A stretch of DNA of 64,000 nt from Gammaproteobacteria bacterium (GTDB taxonomy: Bacteria; Pseudomonadota; Gammaproteobacteria; JABABF01), in contig OZ250153.1 of NCBI GenBank assembly GCA_965237805.1, forward strand, positions 1,056,001 through 1,120,000. Direction: 5' to 3'. The position numbers and the translations under genes are program-made. This document shows, one piece after another, positions 22,131 through 32,767 of the stretch (its first letter is position 1; each line of letters starts with the position of its first letter). Below the pieces are notes generated by a model. The model ran no database searches. It saw nothing but the letters and a program-made list of their open reading frames with translations, and had not been told where the DNA came from.

Positions 22131-23315
22131 TCATATGCGCATAGGCATCAGCACATAGACGGTGTCGGAAACCTCGGCGGAGGGGTCATCCATCAAAACA
22201 CTGCTATTGCTATCAGTGGCGCTAAAGCGCACTTCATCGCCACCAAAGATCTTGTCCAAGGCATCCAATAAATAGCGCACATTGAAGCCGATTTCCAAAT
22301 CGGGGCCGTCGTATTGCACCTCCAGCAGCTCCTCCGCCTCCTCCTGCTCGGAGTTGGTGCTGTGGATGCGCAGCTCTCCGCTCATATTGTCCCCTCCGGA
22401 CTTGAACCTGAGCCGCACCCCGCCAACATCAGTGCCACAGATCACTTCCGCCCGCTCTAAGGCGCGCCGGAAAGCATCTTTGGGGATCGTCGCCCGCGGT
22501 TCGGATATTTGTGGGATCACCCGCTTGTAGTCGGGATAGTTGCCATCAATCAACTTGGAGCAAAAATAGCGGCCACCGGCTCGCACCCAGAGCGTATTGT
22601 CGTTGCAGGACAAGACGGCCTCGGTATCGCCGCCAGCATCTTCAAGCATATGGCGCAAGGCTTGCACGCTACGGCGCGGCAGGATCAGCTTGGGAGTGCC
22701 ATCGCCCTCGTCGCCCCCCATCTGTTGCTTCGAACCAGCATCGACTGTCGTTTGGCGGCGGCACATGGCGAGCCGATGCCCGTCTGTCGCCACCGCACGC
22801 AATTCCCCAGTGCCATCTTGATCCCCCACCTCCAACAACAAGCCGGTGAGGTAGTAACGCACATCCTGTTGCGCGATGGCGAACTCCGTCTGCGCGATCA
22901 GGCGCACCAAATCACGGCAGGGCAAGCGCAGTGATATGGTGGGCTCACCCGGATCGATCAGCGGAAAGTCCTCGGCAGGGAGCACGGCCAGCTTGTAGCG
23001 GCTACGGCCAGCGCGTAGCAAGGCACTATCCTTGCCGTCGAAATCCAGCTCGATACCGCAGCGATCTGGCAGCCTTTTGCAGATATCTAGCAGTTTTCTT
23101 GCTGGCACGGTGAACTTGCCTGAGGCTTCTTGAGAGAGCTCGGCAACGTGACTCATCTCCACCTCGGTGTCGGTGGCGCTCAGGCTGAGGCCTTTTTCTG
23201 GATCCAGGTCTAGCAGCACATGTGAGAGTATCGGCTGGGTGCTCTTGCGCTCGACCACGCGGCTGACCAAAGATAGCGGTGCGATCAAAGCCTCTCGGTT
23301 CAGTTTGATTTTCAT
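22131..23315 (-). CDS. dnaN: DNA polymerase III beta clamp
   Basis: ATDTEVE, QQDVRYYLTG, VATDGHRL, LIDGNYPDY, YVLMPMRI. Confidence 0.98.
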   Translation of the reverse strand: MKIKLNREALIAPLSLVSRVVERKSTQPILSHVLLDLDPEKGLSLSATDTEVEMSHVAELSQEASGKFTVPARKLLDICKRLPDRCGIELDFDGKDSALLRAGRSRYKLAVLPAEDFPLIDPGEPTISLRLPCRDLVRLIAQTEFAIAQQDVRYYLTGLLLEVGDQDGTGELRAVATDGHRLAMCRRQTTVDAGSKQQMGGDEGDGTPKLILPRRSVQALRHMLEDAGGDTEAVLSCNDNTLWVRAGGRYFCSKLIDGNYPDYKRVIPQISEPRATIPKDAFRRALERAEVICGTDVGGVRLRFKSGGDNMSGELRIHSTNSEQEEAEELLEVQYDGPDLEIGFNVRYLLDALDKIFGGDEVRFSATDSNSSVLMDDPSAEVSDTVYVLMPMRI

Positions 23316-23413
23316 GAATTTGCCCCTTTCGTCATCAGGCTAGAGTACGGGCAACGGGCAGGCCACCTCCAACAGTGACTCGCCTGTCGGCTCCGGATCG
23401 ACCACTACCGCCG

Positions 23414-24772
23414 CTAGGTCGTCAATTCTCGCAACAGGTATTCGTAATCGCTGTTCAGTTGCGCTTCCGCCTGCCGCAACTGCTCTATTCTACGACATGC
23501 GTAGATCACTGTGGAGTGATCCCGACCGCCAAAGGCGTGACCGATCTCCGGCAAACTGCCGGGTGTCAATTCCTTGCACAAGGCCATCGCGATATGGCGC
23601 GGTCTGACGATGCGGCGCTCGCGCTGGCTGGATTCCAGCTGGCTGACCCGCAGCTTGTAATAACCAGCCACCGCCTGCTTGATCTCCTCTGGCCCGATGC
23701 GGCGCTGGTGCAGGGCGAAGAGATCCAACAGCGCCAAGCGTACGGTGTCGTCGTCTATCGCTTGCTGGCCGCTGAATTCCACGTAGGCGTAGAGGCGGTT
23801 GAGCGCCCCCTCCAATTCGCGCACATTGGAATTGATCCGCTGCGCGATGAGCATCGCCGCAGCCGCCGTCAGCTGGGGCTCTCTGCCTTCGGCCTTGCGC
23901 ATCAGAATCGCAGCCCGCGTCTCCATATCTGGCGGTTCAACCACCACCGTGATACCCCAACCAAAACGCGATTTCAGGCGCCCCTGAAGGCCGTCAACCT
24001 CGCGCGGATAGCGGTCGCAAGTGGCGATCAGTTGGCAGCCTTGTTCGTGCAAGGCGTTGATGGTGTAGAACACCTCTTCCTGGCAGCGCTCCTTGCCCGC
24101 CAAAAATTGGATATCGTCCATCAACAGCACATCGGGCGTGCGGTAATGATGTTTGAACTCGGCCATTTCGTGGCTGCGGATCGCGCGCACCATCTCGTTG
24201 ACAAAGCTCTCGGTGGAGCAGTAGACAATGCGGAAATCGTGGTCGGTGCTGTCCCCGCGCAGGGCATTGCCCACCGCCTGCATCAGATGGGTCTTACCCA
24301 AGCCCACGCCACCGCAGATAACCAGCGGATTATGCTGGTTGTCCCCAGGCCGATGCGCCACCCGCTGAGCCGTGGCCTTGGCGAGGCGGTTGGAGGCCCC
24401 CTCGACAAAGTTTTGGAAGCTGAATTCGGGGCGCAACAAAATGGGCGTATCGCGCTCCCTGCCGCGACTGGATACTGGCGCTTTGAGAGGCTCTTGATGT
24501 CCCGGTTCGTCATAGCCCAAGATACCCAGCTGCACCGAGATGCTGGCAGCGCCAGCTTGGGCCAGCGCTTCTTGAATGTGTTCCATATAGTTCTTCGCCA
24601 CCCAGTCGCGCAACGCGGCGTTGGGGGCGAGCAGCTGCAAGCTGTCCGGAGCACTCGATAGCGGTACCAAGGCATGCAAAAAAGCATCGTAACGCGCTGG
24701 TGTCACCAAATCCCGCAACCGGCTACGGCAATCATTCCAACAGTCTACAGCACCAATCATTACTCTCACCAC
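23414..24772 (-). CDS. dnaA: chromosomal replication initiator DnaA
   Basis: GGVGLGKTHL, MDDIQF, RLKSRF, SNVRELEGAL, GGRDHSTV; exact start uncertain. Confidence 0.98.
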   Translation of the reverse strand: MVRVMIGAVDCWNDCRSRLRDLVTPARYDAFLHALVPLSSAPDSLQLLAPNAALRDWVAKNYMEHIQEALAQAGAASISVQLGILGYDEPGHQEPLKAPVSSRGRERDTPILLRPEFSFQNFVEGASNRLAKATAQRVAHRPGDNQHNPLVICGGVGLGKTHLMQAVGNALRGDSTDHDFRIVYCSTESFVNEMVRAIRSHEMAEFKHHYRTPDVLLMDDIQFLAGKERCQEEVFYTINALHEQGCQLIATCDRYPREVDGLQGRLKSRFGWGITVVVEPPDMETRAAILMRKAEGREPQLTAAAAMLIAQRINSNVRELEGALNRLYAYVEFSGQQAIDDDTVRLALLDLFALHQRRIGPEEIKQAVAGYYKLRVSQLESSQRERRIVRPRHIAMALCKELTPGSLPEIGHAFGGRDHSTVIYACRRIEQLRQAEAQLNSDYEYLLRELTT

Positions 24773-24967
24773 CCAGCATCTCGATGCAGCTGTTTAAAAA
24801 AGAGCTGGCAGCCCAAGCAACCCGCCATCTGCGCTATTCTAAACCCCTTTAAAGCATTTGTCCAGCAATGAAAATACTATTTATAGTCAATGGCTTATCA
24901 TTTTCCAGCCCGATGATGTCAGCGCGGGGCGCAGCGACGAGGCCCAAGCGGGCACCATCTTGCATAG

Positions 24968-25014
24968 TGTGCATAACTTGTTGTCAAAAAGGTATCGCCA
25001 ACAAGTTATGCACA
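24968..25014. promoter_or_regulatory. 16-bp perfect inverted repeat, each arm containing a TTATGCACA DnaA-box variant (dnaA promoter region)
   Basis: TGTGCATAACTTGTTG (24968-24983), 15-bp spacer, CAACAAGTTATGCACA (24999-25014). Confidence 0.7.
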
Positions 25015-25296
25015 TACTTTGCGCTTTTAAAAGCATCTCTAAACCACTGTTATTGCAATAAAATATAGGGTGCCCTAGGCGATTTTCAACCAGTGGCTAG
25101 GGCCATTATGGGCCCCGCAGTGCCGTGCTCTCAGACGCACCCGCCGATGCCTAGGCCATGCCATCCAGCGGTGCCGCCGTGCGGTGTAGCACAGCGCATC
25201 GTGCTACAATAAAGGGCTGCAAGAACGCGTGGCATGGCGGCGCATAGTCAGCGCCAACGCCCGGCAATGGCAGGCTAAGAAGCATCGGCTCAGCGC

Positions 25297-25431
25297 ATGA
25301 AAAGAACCTTCCAAAACAGCGTCGTCCGCCGCAAGCGCACCCACGGCTTCAGGGCGCGGATGGCCACCAAGCGTGGTCGGCAAGTCCTAAATCGGCGTCG
25401 ACGCAAGGGGCGGCGGCGGCTCAGCGTTTGA
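25297..25431 (+). CDS. rpmH: 50S ribosomal protein L34
   Basis: Hand translation: [44 protein letters not shown] (too short for the ORF track). Confidence 0.97.
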   Translation: MKRTFQNSVVRRKRTHGFRARMATKRGRQVLNRRRRKGRRRLSV

Positions 25432-25838
25432 ACCCCCGCACCCAGCGGGCCATGCGTTTCGGCTTCGCCAAGGAGTTGCGACTCCTACAGGGTGCTGATT
25501 TCCAACGCGTCTTCGGCGACAAGCCCTGCCAATTCCGTGCCAACGGCATCATGCTCTTCGCCACCCCCAACCAGCTGGGCCGCCCACGGCTGGGTTTGAT
25601 CGTCGGGCGCAAAGCCTGCGCCAGGTCAGTGGGACGCAACCGCATCAAGCGCCTGACACGGGAATCCTTCCGCCTCCACCAAGCCCTGTTGGGCAGCAAC
25701 GACATTATCGCGCTGGCGCGCCGCGGGCAGCAGCGCCCAGCGACAGCCAAGCTGCGGCAAAAATTGGATGAGGCTTGGCCTCAGCTGGCACAAAAGCTGA
25801 GCACTAGGCGCAACGCAAAGGAGCCGGGAACACAGTGA
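25428..25838 (+). CDS. rnpA: ribonuclease P protein component
   Basis: [25 protein letters not shown] (RNR motif); start may be ATG 25452. Confidence 0.95.
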   Translation: MNPRTQRAMRFGFAKELRLLQGADFQRVFGDKPCQFRANGIMLFATPNQLGRPRLGLIVGRKACARSVGRNRIKRLTRESFRLHQALLGSNDIIALARRGQQRPATAKLRQKLDEAWPQLAQKLSTRRNAKEPGTQ

Positions 25839-26074
25839 AACGGCTCAGTGCCACCGTGCGGCTGTTGATCGCACTGGTGCGCGGCTACCGGCTACTGGTA
25901 GCACGCCCGATCCCGGCCTGCCGTTTTCATCCCAGCTGCTCGCACTATATGGAGGAGGCCCTGCGCCGATATGGCGCTTGGCGCGGGCTGTGGCTGGGCC
26001 TGCAACGGCTGGCGCGATGCCATCCTTGGCACCGAGGGGGCTTGGACCCTGTCCCCCAAACCCCGCCACACTGA
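25835..26074 (+). CDS. yidD: membrane protein insertion efficiency factor
   Basis: CRFHPSCSHY, RCHPWHRGGLDPVP. Confidence 0.94.
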   Translation: MKRLSATVRLLIALVRGYRLLVARPIPACRFHPSCSHYMEEALRRYGAWRGLWLGLQRLARCHPWHRGGLDPVPQTPPH

Positions 26075-26089
26075 GCGGCTCAGACGACG

Positions 26090-27805
26090 GTGAACAGGCA
26101 ACGCGCCATATTGCTGAGCTGCATCCTCGCAGTTGCGCTACTGCTATTGATACGTTGGGGCGAATTCCAACACCAAGAGGCGCAGCGGGCACGCCACGCC
26201 ACCCCAATAGCGGGCGACGCGGCAGCGCAACAACAACCGACACCGGCCGTCGCCGAGACCTTGCCAACGCCAGCTGATATCCCTTCGGCACCGGCGGCGA
26301 TGGCCGCCAGCGACCGCCAACAGCCACCAGCCCCCGTTGCTGGCGGCGAGTTCATCGACATCCAAACCGAACAGCTCCAACTGCGGGTCTCGCTACACGG
26401 TGGCGACATCCTCCACGCAGAACTGCCGCGCTATCTCACCACCTTAGCAAGTGATCAGGCTTTCGCGCTACTGGAACAAAGCCCGGTGCGTCATTACATC
26501 GCACGCAGCGGTCTAGTCGGCGCACAGGGCACCGACCGCAGCGATGGTAGCCGGCCGCTGTTCAGCACCGCCGACAACCGACGCCACTTCGACTTCGCCG
26601 AGGGTGAGGATACATTGCAGGTCGAACTGCTGTACAGCGACCCACTCGGGGCCTCCATCACCAAGCGCCTGAGCTTGGAGCGCGGCAGCTATCTGATGCG
26701 GATCGACTATCTCATCGACAACCGCGGCCAGCAGCCGTGGAGCGCGGCACTCTACGGCCAATTCCAGCGCGATGGCAGCCCCGACCCCCAAGCGGCGAGC
26801 GGCAGTTTCCAACCGGCCGCCTTTCTCGGCTTCGCGCTACACACCGAAGACAAGCCCTATCTCAAATTCGATCTCGACGAGCTCGATAAAAAGACGGTCG
26901 ATCTATCGCTACAGGGGAGTTGGCTGGCACTGGTGCAGCACTATTTCCTAAGCGCGTGGATTCCTGCTGACGACATTGAGGCGCGCTACCAGTTGCGACG
27001 CAGTCAACGCACATCCAATCTGTATCTCGGCAACTTCGCCACCCCCCCGATTTCGGTCTTGCCAGGGGAGCGTGCCACCATAGGTGTCCAGCTGTACATG
27101 GGCCCCAAAAATGCCGACCAATTAAAAGAAATCTCCGAGGGCTTGCAATACACCGTCGATTATGGCTGGTTGTTCTGGCTGGCTCGGCCGCTATTTATTG
27201 TGCTGGTGAAATTGCATGAGTGGACGGGCAATTGGGGTCTGTCGATCATCCTGTTGACATTGATCGTCAAGCTGCTATTTTTCCGCCTCTCTTCCATCGG
27301 ATTCAGGTCGATGGCAAGAATGCGCAACTTACAGCCACGCATGGAAGAGCTGCGCCGCCTACACGGTGAAGATCGGCAAAAGCTATCACAAGAAATGATG
27401 GCACTTTACCGGCGCGAGAAAATAAACCCGATGGGTGGCTGCCTGCCGATTTTGGTGCAAATGCCAGTATTCTTAGCACTCTACTGGGTTTTGCTCGAAA
27501 GCGTTGAATTGCGCCACGCGCCGTTTATTTTTTGGATTCAGGACTTGGCTTCCAAAGATCCGTTCTATATCCTGCCACTGCTGATGGGCGCATCCATGGT
27601 CTTGCAACAGCGGCTCGGCCCACAACCACCAGATGCGAACATGGCTTTTGTCATGCGCTGGATGCCAGTGGTATTCACCATTTTCTTCCTGTTTTTCCCG
27701 TCCGGACTGGTGCTGTATTGGCTGAGCAACAACTTGCTCTCCATCACGCAGCAATCGTGGCTGAACTGGCAAATCAACAAAGAGGGGAAACGTGCTGAGC
27801 GCTGA
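26090..27805 (+). CDS. yidC: membrane protein insertase YidC
   Basis: VDYGWL, GNWGLSIILLT, NPMGGCLP, WIQDL..DPFYILP, GLVLYW. Confidence 0.98.
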   Translation: MNRQRAILLSCILAVALLLLIRWGEFQHQEAQRARHATPIAGDAAAQQQPTPAVAETLPTPADIPSAPAAMAASDRQQPPAPVAGGEFIDIQTEQLQLRVSLHGGDILHAELPRYLTTLASDQAFALLEQSPVRHYIARSGLVGAQGTDRSDGSRPLFSTADNRRHFDFAEGEDTLQVELLYSDPLGASITKRLSLERGSYLMRIDYLIDNRGQQPWSAALYGQFQRDGSPDPQAASGSFQPAAFLGFALHTEDKPYLKFDLDELDKKTVDLSLQGSWLALVQHYFLSAWIPADDIEARYQLRRSQRTSNLYLGNFATPPISVLPGERATIGVQLYMGPKNADQLKEISEGLQYTVDYGWLFWLARPLFIVLVKLHEWTGNWGLSIILLTLIVKLLFFRLSSIGFRSMARMRNLQPRMEELRRLHGEDRQKLSQEMMALYRREKINPMGGCLPILVQMPVFLALYWVLLESVELRHAPFIFWIQDLASKDPFYILPLLMGASMVLQQRLGPQPPDANMAFVMRWMPVVFTIFFLFFPSGLVLYWLSNNLLSITQQSWLNWQINKEGKRAER

Positions 27806-29156
27806 CCCGGAAACCATCGCCGCCATTGCGACCCCCCCGGGCCGGGGAGGCATTGGCATCATTCGCATTTCCGGGCCGCTGAGCCGCCGCATTGCCGAAC
27901 AAATACTGGGCTGCTTGCCCGCGCCGCGTTATGCCCACTACGGGCCTCTGTGCGATGCCGACGGCAATCGTTTGGACTTTGGCATCGCATTATTTTTCCC
28001 GGCACCCAACTCCGTCACCGGTGAAGATGTGCTGGAGCTGCACGCACACGGCGGCCCGGTGCTACTGGACATGCTGGTGGAGGCCGCACTTACCACCGGT
28101 GCCCGTCCCGCCAAACCGGGAGAGTTCTCCGAGCGCGCTTTCCTCAACGGCAAAATCGACTTGTCGCAAGCCGAGGCGGTCGCCGATCTGATCGACGGTG
28201 AAAGCCGTGCGGCAGTCAAAAACGCAGCGCGTTCACTGGGGGGGGCTTTGTCGCGCCAAGTGGCGGCGTTGGGGTGCCAGCTGACTGCGTTGCGCACCCG
28301 CATCGAGGCGGCGCTGAACTTCGATGAAGAGGCAGATGTGCCCGGTCTGATTCCCGTCGCCGAGCTGCGTGCGGAGATCGACTCAGCGCTCAGCGATTTG
28401 GAGCGTGTGCGCAACGCCGCCGAGCGCGGCATGGCGCGGCGCGAGGCGCGGCGCGTGGTGCTGTGCGGCCATCCCAATGTTGGTAAGTCCAGTCTGTTGA
28501 ACGCGCTCTGCGGCGAGGATGCCGCCATCGTCAGCCCGCAACCCGGCACGACGAGGGATGTGGTGCGCGCCGAGCTGCAAGAATCTGGTTGCCTATTGCA
28601 GCTGGTGGACACCGCTGGCCTACACGACAGCGATGAGGATATCGAGCTGGAGAGCATGGCGCGCACCCGACGGGCCTTGGCCGATGCCGATCACATCCTT
28701 CAGGTGGTCGATTCCAGCGCACCGCCAGTACCCGCATTGGGGGTGCCCATACTGGGCGATCAAAGCTCGCTGAGCATCGTCGAAAACAAATGCGACCTCA
28801 GCGGGGCTCGGTCGGGACTCGTTCAGGATGATAGCGACTTGGAACGAATCCGCGTCTCCGCCCTACGCGGTGACGGCATCGATGAGCTGCGGGCGCTGTT
28901 AGCACGCCAAAGCCGGGGACACAGCGTCACCGAAGGGGAGTTCAGTGCCCGACGACGCCATGTGGAATGTATGGAGCGGGTGGCTGACAGCCTACAGCGA
29001 GCGCGGTCCTTGGCGCAGCTGGATAGTCAGCTGCCAGAGGAAGAAATTGCCGAGTGGCTCGCCACCGCGCATCGGCAGTTGGGAGAGATCGCTGGCGAGT
29101 TTGACGACGAGGCCCTGTTGGGGGAGATCTTCTCTCGCTTCTGCGTGGGTAAATAA
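27792..29156 (+). CDS. mnmE: tRNA modification GTPase MnmE
   Basis: ETIAAIAT, GEFSERAFLNGK, GHPNVGKSS, GTTRD, DTAG, FSRFCVGK. Confidence 0.98.
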   Translation: MLSADPETIAAIATPPGRGGIGIIRISGPLSRRIAEQILGCLPAPRYAHYGPLCDADGNRLDFGIALFFPAPNSVTGEDVLELHAHGGPVLLDMLVEAALTTGARPAKPGEFSERAFLNGKIDLSQAEAVADLIDGESRAAVKNAARSLGGALSRQVAALGCQLTALRTRIEAALNFDEEADVPGLIPVAELRAEIDSALSDLERVRNAAERGMARREARRVVLCGHPNVGKSSLLNALCGEDAAIVSPQPGTTRDVVRAELQESGCLLQLVDTAGLHDSDEDIELESMARTRRALADADHILQVVDSSAPPVPALGVPILGDQSSLSIVENKCDLSGARSGLVQDDSDLERIRVSALRGDGIDELRALLARQSRGHSVTEGEFSARRRHVECMERVADSLQRARSLAQLDSQLPEEEIAEWLATAHRQLGEIAGEFDDEALLGEIFSRFCVGK

Positions 29157-29394
29157 TGCAAAAACCGTGCAAAGCTTGGGCATAAAACAAAACTCCACAA
29201 ATCGTTTACTGGTCATGCTCGACATTCTCCCCCAGACCCGGTATGCCAAAACACCGCCAGCAGTGGTCAAACGCCAACTTTTCATGTTTTTCACACCCCC
29301 TATTACTACTACTACCTAAAACAATTTATGGTTATTCATAATAAGATGCCGGATATAATTATCAGCAGTCCCATCTGCGTCGAGGCTCGCCTGC
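29157..29394. other. oriC: probable chromosomal replication origin (oriC)
   Basis: AT-rich mnmE-mnmG intergenic region with TTTTTCACA (29287-29295), CCCCC, TATTACTACTACTAC (DnaA-trios, 29301-29315) and an AT-rich tract; further degenerate boxes TGGGCATAA (29177-29185) and TTATTCATA (29332-29340). Confidence 0.72.
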
Positions 29395-31281
29395 GTGGCT
29401 ATGCACGAGGAGTTTGATGTCATCGTCGTCGGCGGTGGCCACGCCGGAGTCGAAGCAGCGCTGGCCGCAGCCCGTTGCAATGTGCGTACTTTGTTGCTCA
29501 GCCACAGCTTGGACACTATCGGCCAGATGTCTTGCAATCCTGCGATTGGCGGCATCGGCAAGAGCCACTTGGTACGTGAGATCGATGCTTTGGACGGTGC
29601 CATGGCGTTGGCGGCAGATCGGGCTGGCATCCACTTTCGGGTGCTCAATGCCAGTCGCGGCCCGGCTGTGCGGGCGACGCGTGCTCAGACCGACCGCGAT
29701 TTGTACCGGTGCGCCATCCGCAGCGCAGTCGATGCCCAAGCCAATCTTCACTGTTTACAACAGGCAGTGATCGATCTGCATTGGCAGGGAGGCACGGTTT
29801 GCGGTGTCGAAACCGACTCTGGGCTGTCCTTTGGTGCCCGCACGGTGGTATTGACCACCGGCACCTTCCTCAACGGCCGTATCCACACCGGTCGCCAGAG
29901 CAGCTCAGCCGGGCGCGCTGGCCACGCCGCCTCGAATCGTCTGGCAGATCGCCTACGCGAAGCAGCTCAGGGGGTGGGCCGACTGAAGACAGGCACACCA
30001 CCACGTTTGGTGGCCGCTACCGTTGATTTGTCACGTATGGTCGAGCAACCCGGCGACAGCCCAGCTCCATTGATGTCCTTCCTCGGCCGTGTCGAGGATC
30101 ACCCGCCGGAGCGCTCTTGCCACATCACCGCCACCACCCCGGCCACCCACAGCCTAATCCGCGCCCACCTGCACGAATCGCCGATGTACAGCGGTGCCAT
30201 CGAAGGGGTCGGGCCACGCTACTGCCCATCAATAGAAGACAAGGTGGAGCGTTTCGCCGACCGTGACGCACACCAAGTCTTCATCGAGCCCGAAGGCCTG
30301 CACTCAGGCGAGCTCTATCCCAACGGTATTTCCACTTCACTGCCCTTTGCTGTCCAAGAGTCGATGGTGCGCACCATTCCAGGTTTGGAGCGCGCGCGCA
30401 TCAGTCGCCCCGGCTACGCTGTGGAGTACGACTACTTCAACCCGTGCAGCTTGCACCCTTGGCTGGAGCATCAACAGCTGCCGGGGCTGTTCTTTGCTGG
30501 CCAGATCAATGGCACCACTGGTTATGAGGAGGCGGCGGCCCAAGGTCTGTTGGCCGGGCTCAACGCCGCCCAACGCGTACGCGGACAAGAGCCTTGGTAC
30601 CCGCGCCGAGATGAGGCCTATCTCGGCGTGCTGGTGGACGATCTCAGCCGGCGCGGAGTGACTGAGCCCTATCGCATGTTCACCAGTCGCGCCGAGCACC
30701 GCCTGCTGCTGCGTGAAGACAATGCCGATGCGCGTCTGACGCCAGTCGGTCGACAGATGGGCTTGGTCGGCGAGCGGCGCTGGCGCAGCTTCGGGCGCAA
30801 AACCGAGTGTCTGCAGGGCGAGCTGCAACGCCTTCGCACACGGCGTGTGCGACCGGAGGATGCCTTGGCCCAAGCTTTGTCGCCCACGCTCAGCGCGCCG
30901 CTGCGCCAAACACGCTCGCTGGCCGAGCTGCTGCGCCGCCCCGAGCTGAGCTATCGCCAGCTGCGCACGGTGGACGGCGACTGTGTCGACGACGATCTGT
31001 TGGCCGCACGCGTTGAAGCCGAGTTCAAATACGAGGGCTATATCCGCCATCAGCAGGTCGAAGTGCAACGTCAAGAACGCCGGGCTGGACAGCGCTTGCC
31101 CACGCAGCTGGATTATGCGGAGGTGCGCGGCCTGTCCACTGAGGCACGGCAACAGCTGCAGGCCGTGCGCCCGCACACCATCGGCCAAGCCACACGCACC
31201 CCCGGTGTGACACCTGCGGCGATTTCCCTACTACTCGTCCACCTGCGCAAGATCGGAGCCCGAGGCGACCGTGCTGCCTGA
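29395..31281 (+). CDS. mnmG: tRNA uridine-5-carboxymethylaminomethyl modification enzyme
   Basis: [56 protein letters not shown]. Confidence 0.99.
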   Translation: MAMHEEFDVIVVGGGHAGVEAALAAARCNVRTLLLSHSLDTIGQMSCNPAIGGIGKSHLVREIDALDGAMALAADRAGIHFRVLNASRGPAVRATRAQTDRDLYRCAIRSAVDAQANLHCLQQAVIDLHWQGGTVCGVETDSGLSFGARTVVLTTGTFLNGRIHTGRQSSSAGRAGHAASNRLADRLREAAQGVGRLKTGTPPRLVAATVDLSRMVEQPGDSPAPLMSFLGRVEDHPPERSCHITATTPATHSLIRAHLHESPMYSGAIEGVGPRYCPSIEDKVERFADRDAHQVFIEPEGLHSGELYPNGISTSLPFAVQESMVRTIPGLERARISRPGYAVEYDYFNPCSLHPWLEHQQLPGLFFAGQINGTTGYEEAAAQGLLAGLNAAQRVRGQEPWYPRRDEAYLGVLVDDLSRRGVTEPYRMFTSRAEHRLLLREDNADARLTPVGRQMGLVGERRWRSFGRKTECLQGELQRLRTRRVRPEDALAQALSPTLSAPLRQTRSLAELLRRPELSYRQLRTVDGDCVDDDLLAARVEAEFKYEGYIRHQQVEVQRQERRAGQRLPTQLDYAEVRGLSTEARQQLQAVRPHTIGQATRTPGVTPAAISLLLVHLRKIGARGDRAA

Positions 31282-31930
31282 GCCCGGGGGTGCCGTCCCC
31301 GCCGATGCCCGCGCCACCTTGCGAGCTGGTCTGCGCGCATTGCAATTGGGCGATGACGATCGCCTTGAGCGCGGTTTGTTCGACTACGCCCAGCTGCTAC
31401 ATCGCTGGAATCGGCGCTACGCGCTCAGCGGTGCGCGCGAGTTGCCGGAGCTGATATCACGCCATCTACTCGACAGTTTGACTCTGCACAGCCACTTGGG
31501 TGCCCCCCACCACTGGCTCGATGTCGGCAGTGGTGCCGGCTTGCCGGGCTTGCCGCTGGCGCTGGCCAGTCCCTTGCGGCACTTCACTTTGTTGGATCGC
31601 TCGCTCAACAAGGCCCGTTTCCTGCGCCAAGCCAAGTTGGAGCTGGGCATTGACAATATCAGCGTGGCGCACACCGAGCTGCGCAGCTTCGACCCACAGC
31701 CCCCACCCGAGGGCATCTTGGCCCGCGCCGTCATGCCGCTGTCGGTGTTGTTGAGCAAACTGCGTCATCTCTGTCGCGGCGGCACCCGCCTGTTGTTGCC
31801 CCACGGGCGCTACCCGGCGGCGGCACTGCGCTCGCTGCCAGCCGCCTTCCACCTGCTGGGTTGCCCCCGAGTCGCCTTGCCAGGGGTGCGTGTCGAGCGG
31901 CATGTGCTCATTCTGGAAGGGCGAGGCTGA
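31271..31930 (+). CDS. rsmG: 16S rRNA m7G527 methyltransferase
   Basis: [20 protein letters not shown]; follows mnmG. Confidence 0.94.
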   Translation: MLPEPGGAVPADARATLRAGLRALQLGDDDRLERGLFDYAQLLHRWNRRYALSGARELPELISRHLLDSLTLHSHLGAPHHWLDVGSGAGLPGLPLALASPLRHFTLLDRSLNKARFLRQAKLELGIDNISVAHTELRSFDPQPPPEGILARAVMPLSVLLSKLRHLCRGGTRLLLPHGRYPAAALRSLPAAFHLLGCPRVALPGVRVERHVLILEGRG

Positions 31931-31933
31931 GCG

Positions 31934-32767
31934 ATGACGGCGACAGAGCAGGGCGCGGCGTTGCCGGTATTGGCAGTGGTCAACCAGAAAGGCGGTGTCG
32001 GCAAAACGACGACGGCGGTGAATTTGTCGGCCGCCTTGGTGCGGCTGAAGCGGCGCGTGTTGCTGATCGATATGGATCCGCAGGGCAACGCCACGACTGC
32101 CAGCGGCATCGACAAACGCGCTTTGGAGCACAGCGTGTCGGAGCTGTTGTTGGGGCAGGGCGGTGTGCGCGAGTTGCGGCATGCTACCGAGGCGGGCTAC
32201 GCGTTGTTAGCTGCCAATGCCGAGCTGACGACGGCCGAGCTCGAATTGTTGGGTCGGGGCGAGGCGGGCTACTTGGGGCTGCGCGATGCCTTGGCCAGTG
32301 TGCAGGACGATTACGACTATGTGCTGATCGACTGCCCGCCGAATCTCAATGCCCTGTCGCTGAGCGCGGTACTGGCGGCCACCGGCTTGTTGGTGCCAGT
32401 GCAATGTGAGTATTACGCGCTGGAGGGTTTGTCGATGCTGATGGACACCCTGCAGGAGCTGCGGGATTACCGCTCTGACTTGCAGCTATTTGGCGTAGTG
32501 GGTACCATGCACCAGCGTCGCCAGCGACTTGCCGCCGAAGTGCTCCGGCAGCTGCGCGTACACTTCGGGGAACTGTTGTTTGACACCATGATCCCGCGCA
32601 ATGTGCGGCTTGCGGAGGCACCTAGGTACGGCCATTCGATTTTTGGCTACGATGCTTGGTCGCACGGCGCACGGGCCTATATGCGGTTGGGGCGCGAAGT
32701 GCTCCGCCGCCGAGAGGGCCGGTCGCCGCACGATTTTTCCAATTGGCGCAAGCTGTTGAGCAGTTGA
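31934..32767 (+). CDS. parA: chromosome partitioning ATPase ParA
   Basis: NQKGGVGKTTT, DMDPQGNAT, IDCPP, PVQCEYYALEGL, IPRNVRLAEAP. Confidence 0.97.
   Translation: MTATEQGAALPVLAVVNQKGGVGKTTTAVNLSAALVRLKRRVLLIDMDPQGNATTASGIDKRALEHSVSELLLGQGGVRELRHATEAGYALLAANAELTTAELELLGRGEAGYLGLRDALASVQDDYDYVLIDCPPNLNALSLSAVLAATGLLVPVQCEYYALEGLSMLMDTLQELRDYRSDLQLFGVVGTMHQRRQRLAAEVLRQLRVHFGELLFDTMIPRNVRLAEAPRYGHSIFGYDAWSHGARAYMRLGREVLRRREGRSPHDFSNWRKLLSS

Noticed and set aside
23375-24661. 428-aa ORF antisense to dnaA (likewise 60957..62246, 54355..55266, 45113..46024, 35295..36218 and others)
   Set aside because: Shadow ORFs typical of high-GC coding DNA; no motifs; they overlap confident genes
24773-25296. 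dnaA-rpmH gap as the main oriC
   Set aside because: Only two box variants and no DnaA-trio tract seen; the mnmE-mnmG gap fits better (kept only as a possible accessory half)
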